Assembly (NCBI GenBank): GCA_051892935.1
Contig: JBJFGS010000014.1
Location: 25,982-81,183, forward strand
DNA from: Candidatus Coprovivens sp.
Lineage (GTDB): Bacteria; Bacillota_I; Bacilli_A; RF39; UBA660
Direction of reading: 5' to 3'
DNA: 55,202 bases
Positions within the stretch are counted from its first letter, which is position 1. Each line of letters opens with the position of its first letter. Below, piece after piece: positions 46,656-55,202 of the stretch. A program made the translations under genes and the position numbers. The notes beneath the pieces are model-generated. The model saw only the letters and a program-made list of their open reading frames with translations, searched no databases and had not been told where the DNA came from.

Positions 46656-48917
46656 TTACTCTTCTCCCCTACTTTGACCATCTTTTCCAAGTAAAACTTC
46701 ACGTGGTTTACTTCCATTTTGTGGTCCAATAATTCCACGTTCTTCTAATAAATCGATTATTCTTGCTGCTCTATTATAACCTAATCTAAATCTTCTTTGT
46801 ATTAAAGAAGCGCTAATCTTTCCAGTTTCAATCGCAAATTCATATATTTCATTATATAACGGGTCATCAAAAGATTCCTTATCCCCACTAACAGGATTAT
46901 GTTCTTCTTCTATTGCCTTATTAAGTGAATCATCATACTGTACCATTTGTTGACCACAAACATAATCTATAACTCTTTGAATTTCTTCATCAGTAATAAA
47001 ACATCCTTGAATACGTTTTGGATTATTTTCCCCCATTGGCAAATAAAGCATATCACCTTTTCCAAGTAATTTTTCAGCTCCCCCCATATCCAAAATTGTT
47101 CTAGAATCGATTTGTGATGCAACTGCAAAAGAAATACGAGATGGAATATTAGCTTTAACAACTCCAGTAATAACATCTGTACTAGGTCTTTGTGTAGCTA
47201 CAATTAAATGGATACCAGCAGCACGTGCCATTTGTGTAATTCTCATAATTGAGTCTTCAACTTCTTTAGATGCGACCAACATCAAATCAGCAAGCTCATC
47301 AATAATAACTACTAAATAATACATTTTTTCTTGATTAAATGATGGATCTTTTTCCTTTTGTTTATCAATCCACTCATTATACGAACCGATATTTTTAACT
47401 CCAGTATCACTAAAAGTTTCATACCTATCTTCCATCATCGCAACTACTCTTTGCAATGCTGTATTTGCTTTTTTAGGATCAGTAACTACCGGCCATAATA
47501 AATGTGGAACACCATTATAATTTGAAAGCTCAACCTTTTTAGGATCAACTAAAACTAACTTAACTTCATCAGGTCTATATCTCATTAACATAGTAGCAAT
47601 AAAGCTATTAATACATACGGATTTACCTGAACCAGTAGAACCAGCAACCAATAAATGTGGCATCTTAGCTATATCTGCTGTTTGAACTCTACCCATTAAG
47701 TCTTTTCCTAAAGAAACCAAAATTTTAGATTTTTCAGCCTCTTTAGGAATATTTCCTAAAACTTCTCTAATTTTAACTGCTGTAACTCCTGGATTTGGAA
47801 TCTCAATACCAACAGTACTCTTTCCTGGAATAGGAGCTTCTATACGAACATCTTTAGCTGCCAGCGCTAAAGCAATCTCTTTATTAATACTAAGTATTCT
47901 ACTAACTTTCGTACCACTAGGTATAGCAACCTCATATTGCGTAACAGCAGGTCCAACATGTATTTCAACAACTGTACCTCTGATTTGAAAATCATTTAAA
48001 ACTCTCTCCAAAATAATTTTATTACTCTTTGTAAAATCATTATTAACTTTTGAAGCTCTAGGTACTTCATCTAATAAATTAATACTAGGTAATGTATAAA
48101 TCCCTCTTTTAGAAGCATATGAAACGGAAGCTTGTACCTCCTCAGCCAAATTATCCATCTGAATAGTAGTCGATAATTGTACCGGAGATAGCTCCTTTTT
48201 AGGAATATCTTGATTTATAGAATTATCTTTAGGTAAATCAGCAACAGATACTATAGCACCTTTTTCATCACCATAATCTTCGTCATCCTCTTGTTCTTCT
48301 CTTCTCAATCTAGCTTCTTCACGTTTTTCATCGATTGATGACTTAATCCTCATAAATTGTTCACCTAAATCAATATCAAACAACATAACTATAGCCAAAA
48401 TTAGTAAAGCAATCAAAACAATTATTGTACCAGTACTTCCAAATAAACTTGCAAAACACCAAGAAAAACCAGCTCCAATAATTCCCCCACCAACATTAAT
48501 GCTCTTTTGACCACTAGTTAATATGCCAGCTCCTTCTTTAATAGTTGAAATTCTACTTTGATAATTAGCTAAAGTCGAATCAATAATATCAACAGTTTTA
48601 TAATTTTGAATAAAACCAAAATGAGCAGATACCAAAGCTACTATTATTAATATATATAAGCCAAGCAACTTAGAATTAAAAAAGTTTGGCAGTTTTCTTT
48701 TCACAATCATAAAAGATCCCATAAAAAATAATAACAATAAAATACTCCACCAAAATTCACCAACTAAAAACATTGCAAACTTTTTTAATATAATTCCAAC
48801 TGGACCAAAACCAAAACCTAATATTCCAATTACTATAAGTAAAATACCAATCAACTCAGCACTATATGTAAATTCTTTTTTCTCTTGTTTTTTAGATGTC
48901 TTTTTCTTTTTCGCCAT
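46656..48917 (-). CDS. ftsK: DNA translocase FtsK/SpoIIIE
   Basis: N-terminal TM domain, PHLLVAGSTGSGKS, IIDELADLM, gamma domain GYNRAARIIDLLE. Confidence 0.97.
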   Translation of the reverse strand: MAKKKKTSKKQEKKEFTYSAELIGILLIVIGILGFGFGPVGIILKKFAMFLVGEFWWSILLLLFFMGSFMIVKRKLPNFFNSKLLGLYILIIVALVSAHFGFIQNYKTVDIIDSTLANYQSRISTIKEGAGILTSGQKSINVGGGIIGAGFSWCFASLFGSTGTIIVLIALLILAIVMLFDIDLGEQFMRIKSSIDEKREEARLRREEQEDDEDYGDEKGAIVSVADLPKDNSINQDIPKKELSPVQLSTTIQMDNLAEEVQASVSYASKRGIYTLPSINLLDEVPRASKVNNDFTKSNKIILERVLNDFQIRGTVVEIHVGPAVTQYEVAIPSGTKVSRILSINKEIALALAAKDVRIEAPIPGKSTVGIEIPNPGVTAVKIREVLGNIPKEAEKSKILVSLGKDLMGRVQTADIAKMPHLLVAGSTGSGKSVCINSFIATMLMRYRPDEVKLVLVDPKKVELSNYNGVPHLLWPVVTDPKKANTALQRVVAMMEDRYETFSDTGVKNIGSYNEWIDKQKEKDPSFNQEKMYYLVVIIDELADLMLVASKEVEDSIMRITQMARAAGIHLIVATQRPSTDVITGVVKANIPSRISFAVASQIDSRTILDMGGAEKLLGKGDMLYLPMGENNPKRIQGCFITDEEIQRVIDYVCGQQMVQYDDSLNKAIEEEHNPVSGDKESFDDPLYNEIYEFAIETGKISASLIQRRFRLGYNRAARIIDLLEERGIIGPQNGSKPREVLLGKDGQSRGEE

Positions 48918-49090
48918 ACTATCTCACCATACTAATTATAACAGAAGTATCTATATAAAATCAAAAAGAAAAAGAGGTCTTTCCTCTAATTTAACAGAAA
49001 ATAAAATTACAAAGTATAATACTTATCAAAATGTATACAATAATAATTGTAAAACTATTATAAATGTATTTACTCTTTTTCTTAAAAAAA

Positions 49091-49180
49091 CTAGATATAA
49101 GCCCCTACTATAATAATTAATAGTATAAATAGAACTAAGATGATAGCAGGACCTAAAGCATTATGTCCACAATTATTCAT
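49091..49180 (-). CDS. YjcZ/SscA-family tiny membrane protein (29 aa)
   Basis: Below the ORF-track cutoff. AAGGAGG RBS, then MNNCGHNALGPAIILVLFILLIIIVGAYI*; LVLFILLIIIVG is the family hallmark. Confidence 0.8.
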   Translation of the reverse strand: MNNCGHNALGPAIILVLFILLIIIVGAYI

Positions 49181-49304
49181 AAATCATCCTCCTTTACTTG
49201 TCTTTTCACTATTATTCTATGGTTAGATTGGCTTTTATGTGAATGTTAATCTTGTTTTTTATAAACTACGTTGTTATAATTATAAGTATGTTAAGGAGGA
49301 AAAC

Positions 49305-50333
49305 ATGAAAAAGAAAATAATTGTGCTAGCCCTTATCGTAACATTATTATCAGGGTGTGGAAGTAAAATACCAACATTATCTAATGGTGACGAAGCGGTC
49401 GTAACACTAAAAGACGGTTCAATGATTAGTGCAAATGAACTTTATGAAGCAATAAAAGATGATTATGCACTAGATACAATGATTACTTTGGTTGATAAAA
49501 AAATATTAGAAGACAAGTACAAAGACAAAGTTGAAGAAGCTAATGAATATGCAGATTCAAATATTAGTCAATTAGAAGCTTATTATGGTGATTCTCTACT
49601 AGATGCAATAAAACAAAATACAAGTTATACTAGTATTGAAGGATATAGAAATTCAATTTATATAAGCTACCTACAAAATTTAGCAATTGAAGATTATTGC
49701 AAAGATCAAATAAAAGAAAAAGACATTAAAAAATATTATGAAGATGAAGTAGTCGGTGATATCAAAATTAGTCACATTTTAATTACACCAGAAGTAACAG
49801 AAGATATGACTGATGATGAAAAAGCACAAGCTGAAACTGAAGCTAAAGACAAAGTTGAAGCAATTATCAGTGAATTAAAGAAAACTGATAAAAAAGAAAT
49901 AGCAGAAAAATTTGCTGAATTAGCTGCTGAAAAATCTATGGATGAAACTACTAAAGAAAATGGTGGTTCTCTTGGATTCATCAATAAAGATACTTTAAGT
50001 TCTGATTATGATGAATTAGTAGATGCAGCTTATAAATTAAAAGATGGCGCATATAGTACTAAAGTTATTACAACTGAACTTGGATATCATGTAATATATA
50101 GAGTTGAGACAAAAGAAAAGGCTGCTTTAGAAGATGTAAAAGATGATATAATAACAAAACTAGCAGCTGAATATCTAGAAAACAATTCAATCGCTGCTAT
50201 CAGAGGATTACAAGCTGTTAGAGATGAATACGATTTTGAAATAGTTGATAGTGAATTAAAAACTCAATATGCAGAATACATCCAAAGTGCATTAAATTAT
50301 TATCAAGAAAAAGATAATCAAAGTACAAATTAA
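49305..50333 (+). CDS. prsA: Foldase lipoprotein PrsA (parvulin PPIase)
   Basis: Lipobox LLSGC, SHILI, FAELAAEKSMD..NGGSLG and GYHVI; AGGAGG RBS before ATG 49305. Confidence 0.92.
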   Translation: MKKKIIVLALIVTLLSGCGSKIPTLSNGDEAVVTLKDGSMISANELYEAIKDDYALDTMITLVDKKILEDKYKDKVEEANEYADSNISQLEAYYGDSLLDAIKQNTSYTSIEGYRNSIYISYLQNLAIEDYCKDQIKEKDIKKYYEDEVVGDIKISHILITPEVTEDMTDDEKAQAETEAKDKVEAIISELKKTDKKEIAEKFAELAAEKSMDETTKENGGSLGFINKDTLSSDYDELVDAAYKLKDGAYSTKVITTELGYHVIYRVETKEKAALEDVKDDIITKLAAEYLENNSIAAIRGLQAVRDEYDFEIVDSELKTQYAEYIQSALNYYQEKDNQSTN

Positions 50334-50344
50334 TTAATTGAACT

Positions 50345-50378
50345 AAAAAAGAACTTCATTAACTATAAGTTCTTTTTA
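50345..50378. terminator. Bidirectional terminator between prsA and recX
   Basis: AAAAAAGAACTT..AAGTTCTTTTT. Confidence 0.6.
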
Positions 50379-51136
50379 TTTTGTACAAAATCATCTATAT
50401 CAGAAGTATTAAATCCTTTTTGAATTAATTTAACCTTAATTTGATAATACAAAACACTACCATCATACTTCTTCGATAATTTATTAAATAACTTATTATA
50501 TTCTTTTCCTAATAAATCACTATTATCCTTAAATTCAGTATTATGAATAACTTCTTCAACCATCCACTTATAAAAGCCAAGATTACATAAATCATAAGAT
50601 ATTTTTTCTTTTAGTTTATTATTTCCTAAATTTCTATTAGCTTTAATTTTTCTTACAACTAATTTATTAATTTTTTCAAACCAAACATCATCTGATACTT
50701 CTTCAATATATGGTACGATTTCTTCTTCAGTATATCCTAAATTAACTAAATCTTTTTTTATTCTATTTGGTCCCACTAAATTCATATGAATTTGATCTGA
50801 AATAAAACTTTTTAAATATAATTCTCTATTTAAATAACCATTTTTTTTAAGTTTATCTATCGTATCCAAAATTATACTTTTATCATAGTCTTTCTCTAAA
50901 TATTTAAATATTTCTTTTTCTGTACGTAACTTTCTTGTAATGTACTTTAAACTTTTATAATAAGCTTCTAATTTATCATTATATGAAGTAATCTCTTTAA
51001 ATAATTTATCATCTATTTCTTTCAGTCTTAATAACTCGTATTTAACAATCACATCATCATACAATTTAATATCTAAATCATCTATTTTAACAATATATCT
51101 ATTATCTTTTAATTTAGTATATTTCTCTATTTTCAC
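50363..51136 (-). CDS. recX: Regulatory protein RecX
   Basis: RTEKEIFKYL, LKKNGYLN, GPNRIKKDL and LIQKGF three-helix repeats; GTG 51136 follows AGGTGA. Confidence 0.85.
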   Translation of the reverse strand: MKIEKYTKLKDNRYIVKIDDLDIKLYDDVIVKYELLRLKEIDDKLFKEITSYNDKLEAYYKSLKYITRKLRTEKEIFKYLEKDYDKSIILDTIDKLKKNGYLNRELYLKSFISDQIHMNLVGPNRIKKDLVNLGYTEEEIVPYIEEVSDDVWFEKINKLVVRKIKANRNLGNNKLKEKISYDLCNLGFYKWMVEEVIHNTEFKDNSDLLGKEYNKLFNKLSKKYDGSVLYYQIKVKLIQKGFNTSDIDDFVQNKKNL

Positions 51137-51229
51137 TCTATCACCTTGTTTTTTATTATAACAAAGACTATCACCCCCAATCAAGAACATTTGTTCTTGA
51201 TTGACAAAAAAAGTGAACTTAGTTCACTT

Positions 51230-52216
51230 TTATTCAACATCATTTATCTCTATTTTATATTTACGACAAACTTCTTCTAAAGCATCAAGCAATTGTGGAA
51301 TATCCTCCTTATTACGAGTTCTTACGCCAGAAGCAAATTTATGTCCACCACCACCATACAATGCAGCAGTATCATTAATAACAGGACCCTTACTTCTAAT
51401 ATTAACTTTATAAACTTCATTCTTTTCATCATAAGTAACAAAAGTCCATACATAAACATCTTTAATATTACTGAAATCATTTATCATATTAGATGGCGTA
51501 GAAGGATCTACCCCATATTTTTTTAATATATCAGGAGTTATATTTATATAAGCAAATCCATTATCACTAACATTTAAATTTTCAGATAAATATCCATGAA
51601 ACTTAATCTCTTGTATTGGCCTTTCATATAAATAAGAATACAAGTTAGTAAAATCTATTTGGCTCTTTTCAATTAATCTAGAAACCAGATTAAATGTTTT
51701 TGCTGTCGTATAGCTAATCAAAAATCTATCACTATCAGATACTACACCTAAATATAAATTCTCTGCGATTTTTCTATCAAATTTCATTCCTGTTTCTAGT
51801 AATAACTCTATTATCATTTGACAAGTACTAGAAGACGTCTCATCAACCCAATCACATTCACCAAAAACTTCATCTGTTGGATGATGATCAATTTTAAATA
51901 TTTCTTTAAATGCCGATTTATCAACACCATCTATTCTGGAAATATTAGGTACATCAAGTGCTATTAACAAAGCATCATCTGTAAAATTAGTTTCATCTAT
52001 TCTATCAAGAGCACCATAGTACTTAAACTTTGAAACACTTGTCCCAACAGCATAAACTTGCTTTTTAGGAAATGTTAATTTAATAGCATCTCGTAAAGAA
52101 ATTTGACTTGCAACAGCATCAGGATCGGGGCTGATATGACGTGCAATCACAATTATATCGTATTGTTTTATTTTTTTTAATATTCTCTTCAATTCTAGTT
52201 TTAACATAGCCCTCAT
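51230..52216 (-). CDS. nrnA: DHH/DHHA1 phosphoesterase (NrnA-like)
   Basis: HISPDPDA, IDHHP, SDSDRF and GGGGHKFASG motifs. Confidence 0.9.
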   Translation of the reverse strand: MRAMLKLELKRILKKIKQYDIIVIARHISPDPDAVASQISLRDAIKLTFPKKQVYAVGTSVSKFKYYGALDRIDETNFTDDALLIALDVPNISRIDGVDKSAFKEIFKIDHHPTDEVFGECDWVDETSSSTCQMIIELLLETGMKFDRKIAENLYLGVVSDSDRFLISYTTAKTFNLVSRLIEKSQIDFTNLYSYLYERPIQEIKFHGYLSENLNVSDNGFAYINITPDILKKYGVDPSTPSNMINDFSNIKDVYVWTFVTYDEKNEVYKVNIRSKGPVINDTAALYGGGGHKFASGVRTRNKEDIPQLLDALEEVCRKYKIEINDVE

Positions 52217-52235
52217 CCCTTTATCTCCTTAAATA

Positions 52236-53429
52236 TTATTTCACCAATTCGTAAGTATCTTTAATAATCATTAACTCTTCATTAGTTGGAACAACCCAAA
52301 CATCAACAGTTGAATCAGAAGAACTTATAATACCTTCATTTTGTTCTTTATAAGAAGCAATACAACCATTAGCATCAACATCTACTTTTATACCCAAAGG
52401 AGCTAATTTGCTTAATATATCAGCTCTTGCTTCTATACCATTTTCACCAACTCCAGCAGTAAATACTATAGCATCTACTTTTCCTTCAAGTTCAATATAA
52501 TATTCAGCTATATATTTAGCTATTCTATTATTATACATAGTAAGTGCTAATATAGCATTTTCATTTCCTTCTGCAGCGGCATTTTCAACATCTCTACTAT
52601 CAGAATATCCAGCTACTCCAAGCAATCCACTTCTCTTATTTAAATCATTAGTTATTTCTGCTACAGTTCTACCTGTTTCACTACATACATATTCAATAAT
52701 AGAAGGATCAATAGAACCACTACGAGTTCCCATCATTAATCCATCAAGTGGAGTAAGACCCATTGTAGTATCATAACATTTACCATCTTTAACTGCACTA
52801 ATAGAAGCACCACTACCAACATGGCAAATAATCAAATTAACTTCTTCTTTACCTAATTTTTCTTTCATTTTAGTAGTTATGTATTTATGACTAGTTCCAT
52901 GAAATCCATATTTTCTTACACCATACTCAGTATACCATTCCATTGGAACTGGATATAAATAATTCTCTTTTGGCATTGTTTGATGAAATGCAGTATCATA
53001 AACAGCAACCATTGGTACATCTGGTAATGCCTTCTTCATAGCTTCAATTCCAGCTAGATTACCAGGATGATGTAAAGGTCCTAATTTAGTTAAATCCTTA
53101 ATACTTTGAATAACTTCATCAGTAATTATAACTGAATCAGAATATTTTTCTCCTCCATGTAAGACACGATGTCCTACACCTTTAATTTCATCTAAACTTT
53201 CTACAGCTTTGTGAGTTAATAGTTCATCAATTAAAACTTGAACAGCTTCAGTATGATTCTTTAAATACTTAGCTCCTTTAATCTTTTCACCATTAATTTT
53301 TGTAGTCCAAAAACTATCTTCTAATCCTATTTTTTCAATATAACCACTGATAATTACTTTTTCCTCTGGCATTTCAAATAATTGAAACTTCAATGAAGAA
53401 CTACCAGCATTTACACATAATAATTTCAT
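52236..53429 (-). CDS. ackA: Acetate kinase
   Basis: NAGSSSLKFQL, GHRVLHGG, DTAFHQT, YGFHGTSH, FTAGVGEN and PTNEE motifs. Confidence 0.98.
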   Translation of the reverse strand: MKLLCVNAGSSSLKFQLFEMPEEKVIISGYIEKIGLEDSFWTTKINGEKIKGAKYLKNHTEAVQVLIDELLTHKAVESLDEIKGVGHRVLHGGEKYSDSVIITDEVIQSIKDLTKLGPLHHPGNLAGIEAMKKALPDVPMVAVYDTAFHQTMPKENYLYPVPMEWYTEYGVRKYGFHGTSHKYITTKMKEKLGKEEVNLIICHVGSGASISAVKDGKCYDTTMGLTPLDGLMMGTRSGSIDPSIIEYVCSETGRTVAEITNDLNKRSGLLGVAGYSDSRDVENAAAEGNENAILALTMYNNRIAKYIAEYYIELEGKVDAIVFTAGVGENGIEARADILSKLAPLGIKVDVDANGCIASYKEQNEGIISSSDSTVDVWVVPTNEELMIIKDTYELVK

Positions 53430-53502
53430 TTATTTCACCTCTAGTGCTATTATACAAAAAAAAAGATAGAATATCTATCTTTTTTTGCCTTATTTCCCGA
53501 CT

Positions 53503-53682
53503 TTATCGACAATCACTATTCTTATGGCGCTTTATTTGTAAATCAAAATCAACCACCTGATTTTTACTAGAATCCATATTAAAACCAAATTCATTTAAAT
53601 ACTCATATCTTTTTTTATTTAATGGATTCTTATTTCCAATTTCTCCAGTTTTATAAAAATAATCACAACTACGTCTACGCAT
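53503..53682 (-). CDS. Small hypothetical protein (59 aa)
   Basis: AGGTGA RBS before ATG 53682 (MRRRSCDYFYK...); followed by a terminator at 53456-53486. Confidence 0.45.
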   Translation of the reverse strand: MRRRSCDYFYKTGEIGNKNPLNKKRYEYLNEFGFNMDSSKNQVVDFDLQIKRHKNSDCR

Positions 53683-53737
53683 ATTATCACCTATTACTAT
53701 TATGCGTATATAAATCATTTTTATACTAAAAAAGAAT

Positions 53738-54931
53738 TTAAAGCAAATCTTCAAATTCTTTTTTATCCGGAGTAGCACTAATTCTTATTACTTCATGATT
53801 TTTAATAGCATCATATATCATTTGTTCAAAATCAATATTCTTTTCATATTCTCTTGCATTTTCGAAAGTAGGATTTATAACAGGATGCTCAGGAACAAAT
53901 ATTGTACAACAATCTTCAAAAGGCAATATACTTGTATTATAAGTATCTATTTTTTTAGCTATATCGATAATTTCTAGTTTATCAAAACAAGCAACAGGTC
54001 TAATAACAGGTATTCTAACTACTTCATTAATGACATTCATACTCGTTAACGTCTGACTAGCAACTTGACCAATACTTTCTCCATTTACTATTATCTTACA
54101 ATTATTCATCCTTGCAATTCGCTCAGCAATTCTATACATCATTCTTCTCATTATAGTAATTAAATACTCATGAGGACAATTTTGATATATAGCTGTTTGT
54201 ATATCAGTAAATTTAATAACATGTAACTTAACATCATTATTATAAATAGCTAATTTTCTTGCTAATTCTATAACTTTATTTTTAGCTTCAATACTTGTAT
54301 GTGGAGGACTTTCATAATAAATACATTCAAGTTTTACTCCTCTTTTAATAGCCATATATCCAGCAACAGGCGAATCAATTCCCCCAGATAACATAAGTAA
54401 TCCTTTACCAGCTACTCCTACTGGATATCCACCTATTCCTTTTTCACTATTAAAATACACATAAACAGCATCTATTCTAATTTCTACATTAACCATTAAA
54501 TCCGGATTATGAACATCAACTTTTTTATTATCTAAATTCTTTAAAATAACGCCACCCATTTTACGACTAAAATCCATACTATCAATAGGAAATTTCTTAT
54601 CACTTCTTTTAGTAACTACTTTAAAAGTATTAAAGTCATAATCTCTTATTAATTCGAGAATACTATCTCCTATCTCATCAGGATTTCTCGTATCCAATCT
54701 ATAAGCGATATTATATTCATGTATTCCAAAAACATTTTTCAGTTTATTAGAAACACACTCAAAATTATCTTCATTAAATGTTATAAACATTCTACCTTTA
54801 TCAAACTTAATATCAACATTCATTCCAACTAATGCTTTTTCAACATTAACTTTTAATTGTTTTAAAAATAAATTAATATTAGCTTTTTTTGTTGATAATT
54901 CTCCGTATTTAACCATTATTAATTTTTCCAT
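53738..54931 (-). CDS. thiI: tRNA 4-thiouridine synthase ThiI
   Basis: KYGEL..K, THUMP domain, LSGGIDSPVA, GESIGQVASQT and EDCCTIF motifs. Confidence 0.97.
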   Translation of the reverse strand: MEKLIMVKYGELSTKKANINLFLKQLKVNVEKALVGMNVDIKFDKGRMFITFNEDNFECVSNKLKNVFGIHEYNIAYRLDTRNPDEIGDSILELIRDYDFNTFKVVTKRSDKKFPIDSMDFSRKMGGVILKNLDNKKVDVHNPDLMVNVEIRIDAVYVYFNSEKGIGGYPVGVAGKGLLMLSGGIDSPVAGYMAIKRGVKLECIYYESPPHTSIEAKNKVIELARKLAIYNNDVKLHVIKFTDIQTAIYQNCPHEYLITIMRRMMYRIAERIARMNNCKIIVNGESIGQVASQTLTSMNVINEVVRIPVIRPVACFDKLEIIDIAKKIDTYNTSILPFEDCCTIFVPEHPVINPTFENAREYEKNIDFEQMIYDAIKNHEVIRISATPDKKEFEDLL

Positions 54932-55025
54932 ATTATCACCACAAATTCACATAAAAGTATACCATAATTAATAAAAAAAACAATAAAGAGTTAACAATAA
55001 AAAAACTTACAAAGTAAGTTTTTTA

Positions 55026-55202
55026 CAGAGTGTAGACAAACCCCTAGATTTTTCTAGAGGTTTTCTTATGAATAAATTTTTTTGTTTAAGTTTATGATAT
55101 TTTTTAATATTTTTGTGAAATTATATAGAATTGATGATAATCTAAGTGGTTTCTTTCCTACATTATCATTTTTAATTGCTATATTTTTCATATTTTGGGC
55201 AG
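55026..55202 (-). mobile_element. Probable right end of an IS1182-like insertion sequence (transposase 3' end, stop at 55066)
   Basis: Partial frame AQNMKNIA...KIYS* resembles IS1182 transposase C-termini (AxQNxKKxA). It ends in GTTTGTCTACACTCTG, resembling the family's terminal repeat as I recall it, and abuts a terminator-like palindrome. Confidence 0.55.

Noticed and set aside
46656-48917. Second FtsK-domain gene as part of the T7SS or a conjugative element
   Set aside because: Single ATPase domain with N-terminal TMs and a gamma domain, i.e. the housekeeping FtsK/SpoIIIE
1-55202. Mycoplasma-type genetic code 4, or a prophage/ICE
   Set aside because: TGA ends genes at expected positions and conserved Trp residues are read without TGA; no integrase, phage structural or relaxase genes seen

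Overview
Low-GC chromosomal segment from a Firmicute (Bacilli-like). It uses the standard genetic code (TGA = stop), and nearly all genes are on the minus strand. Gene content and style suggest an uncultured, reduced-genome Bacilli lineage such as RF39, which is an inference only. The housekeeping backbone is infC-rpmI-rplT with an L20 leader, helD, thrS with a T-box, der, engB, glmS with its ribozyme, ftsK, prsA, recX, a DHH phosphoesterase, ackA and thiI. Interleaved with it is an unusual type VII secretion (T7SS) system: essC, esaB/yukD and DUF4176, plus five paralogous WXG100-like gene pairs. Three of these pairs head a repeated four-gene cassette (WXG100 'A', partner 'B', ~75-aa helical protein, 700-800-aa protein). 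The large proteins have no recognisable toxin domain. They carry spacer or Ca-binding repeats and, in two cases, C-terminal membrane hairpins with no immunity gene after them. Also present: a transglutaminase/AAA/vWA-like operon, a Zn-metalloprotease/pseudo-trypsin/PsbP-like operon, an L20-Rho_N fusion, an unannotated YjcZ-family microprotein, and the probable end of an IS1182-like element at the right edge. All calls come from motif reading by eye; no database searches were run.
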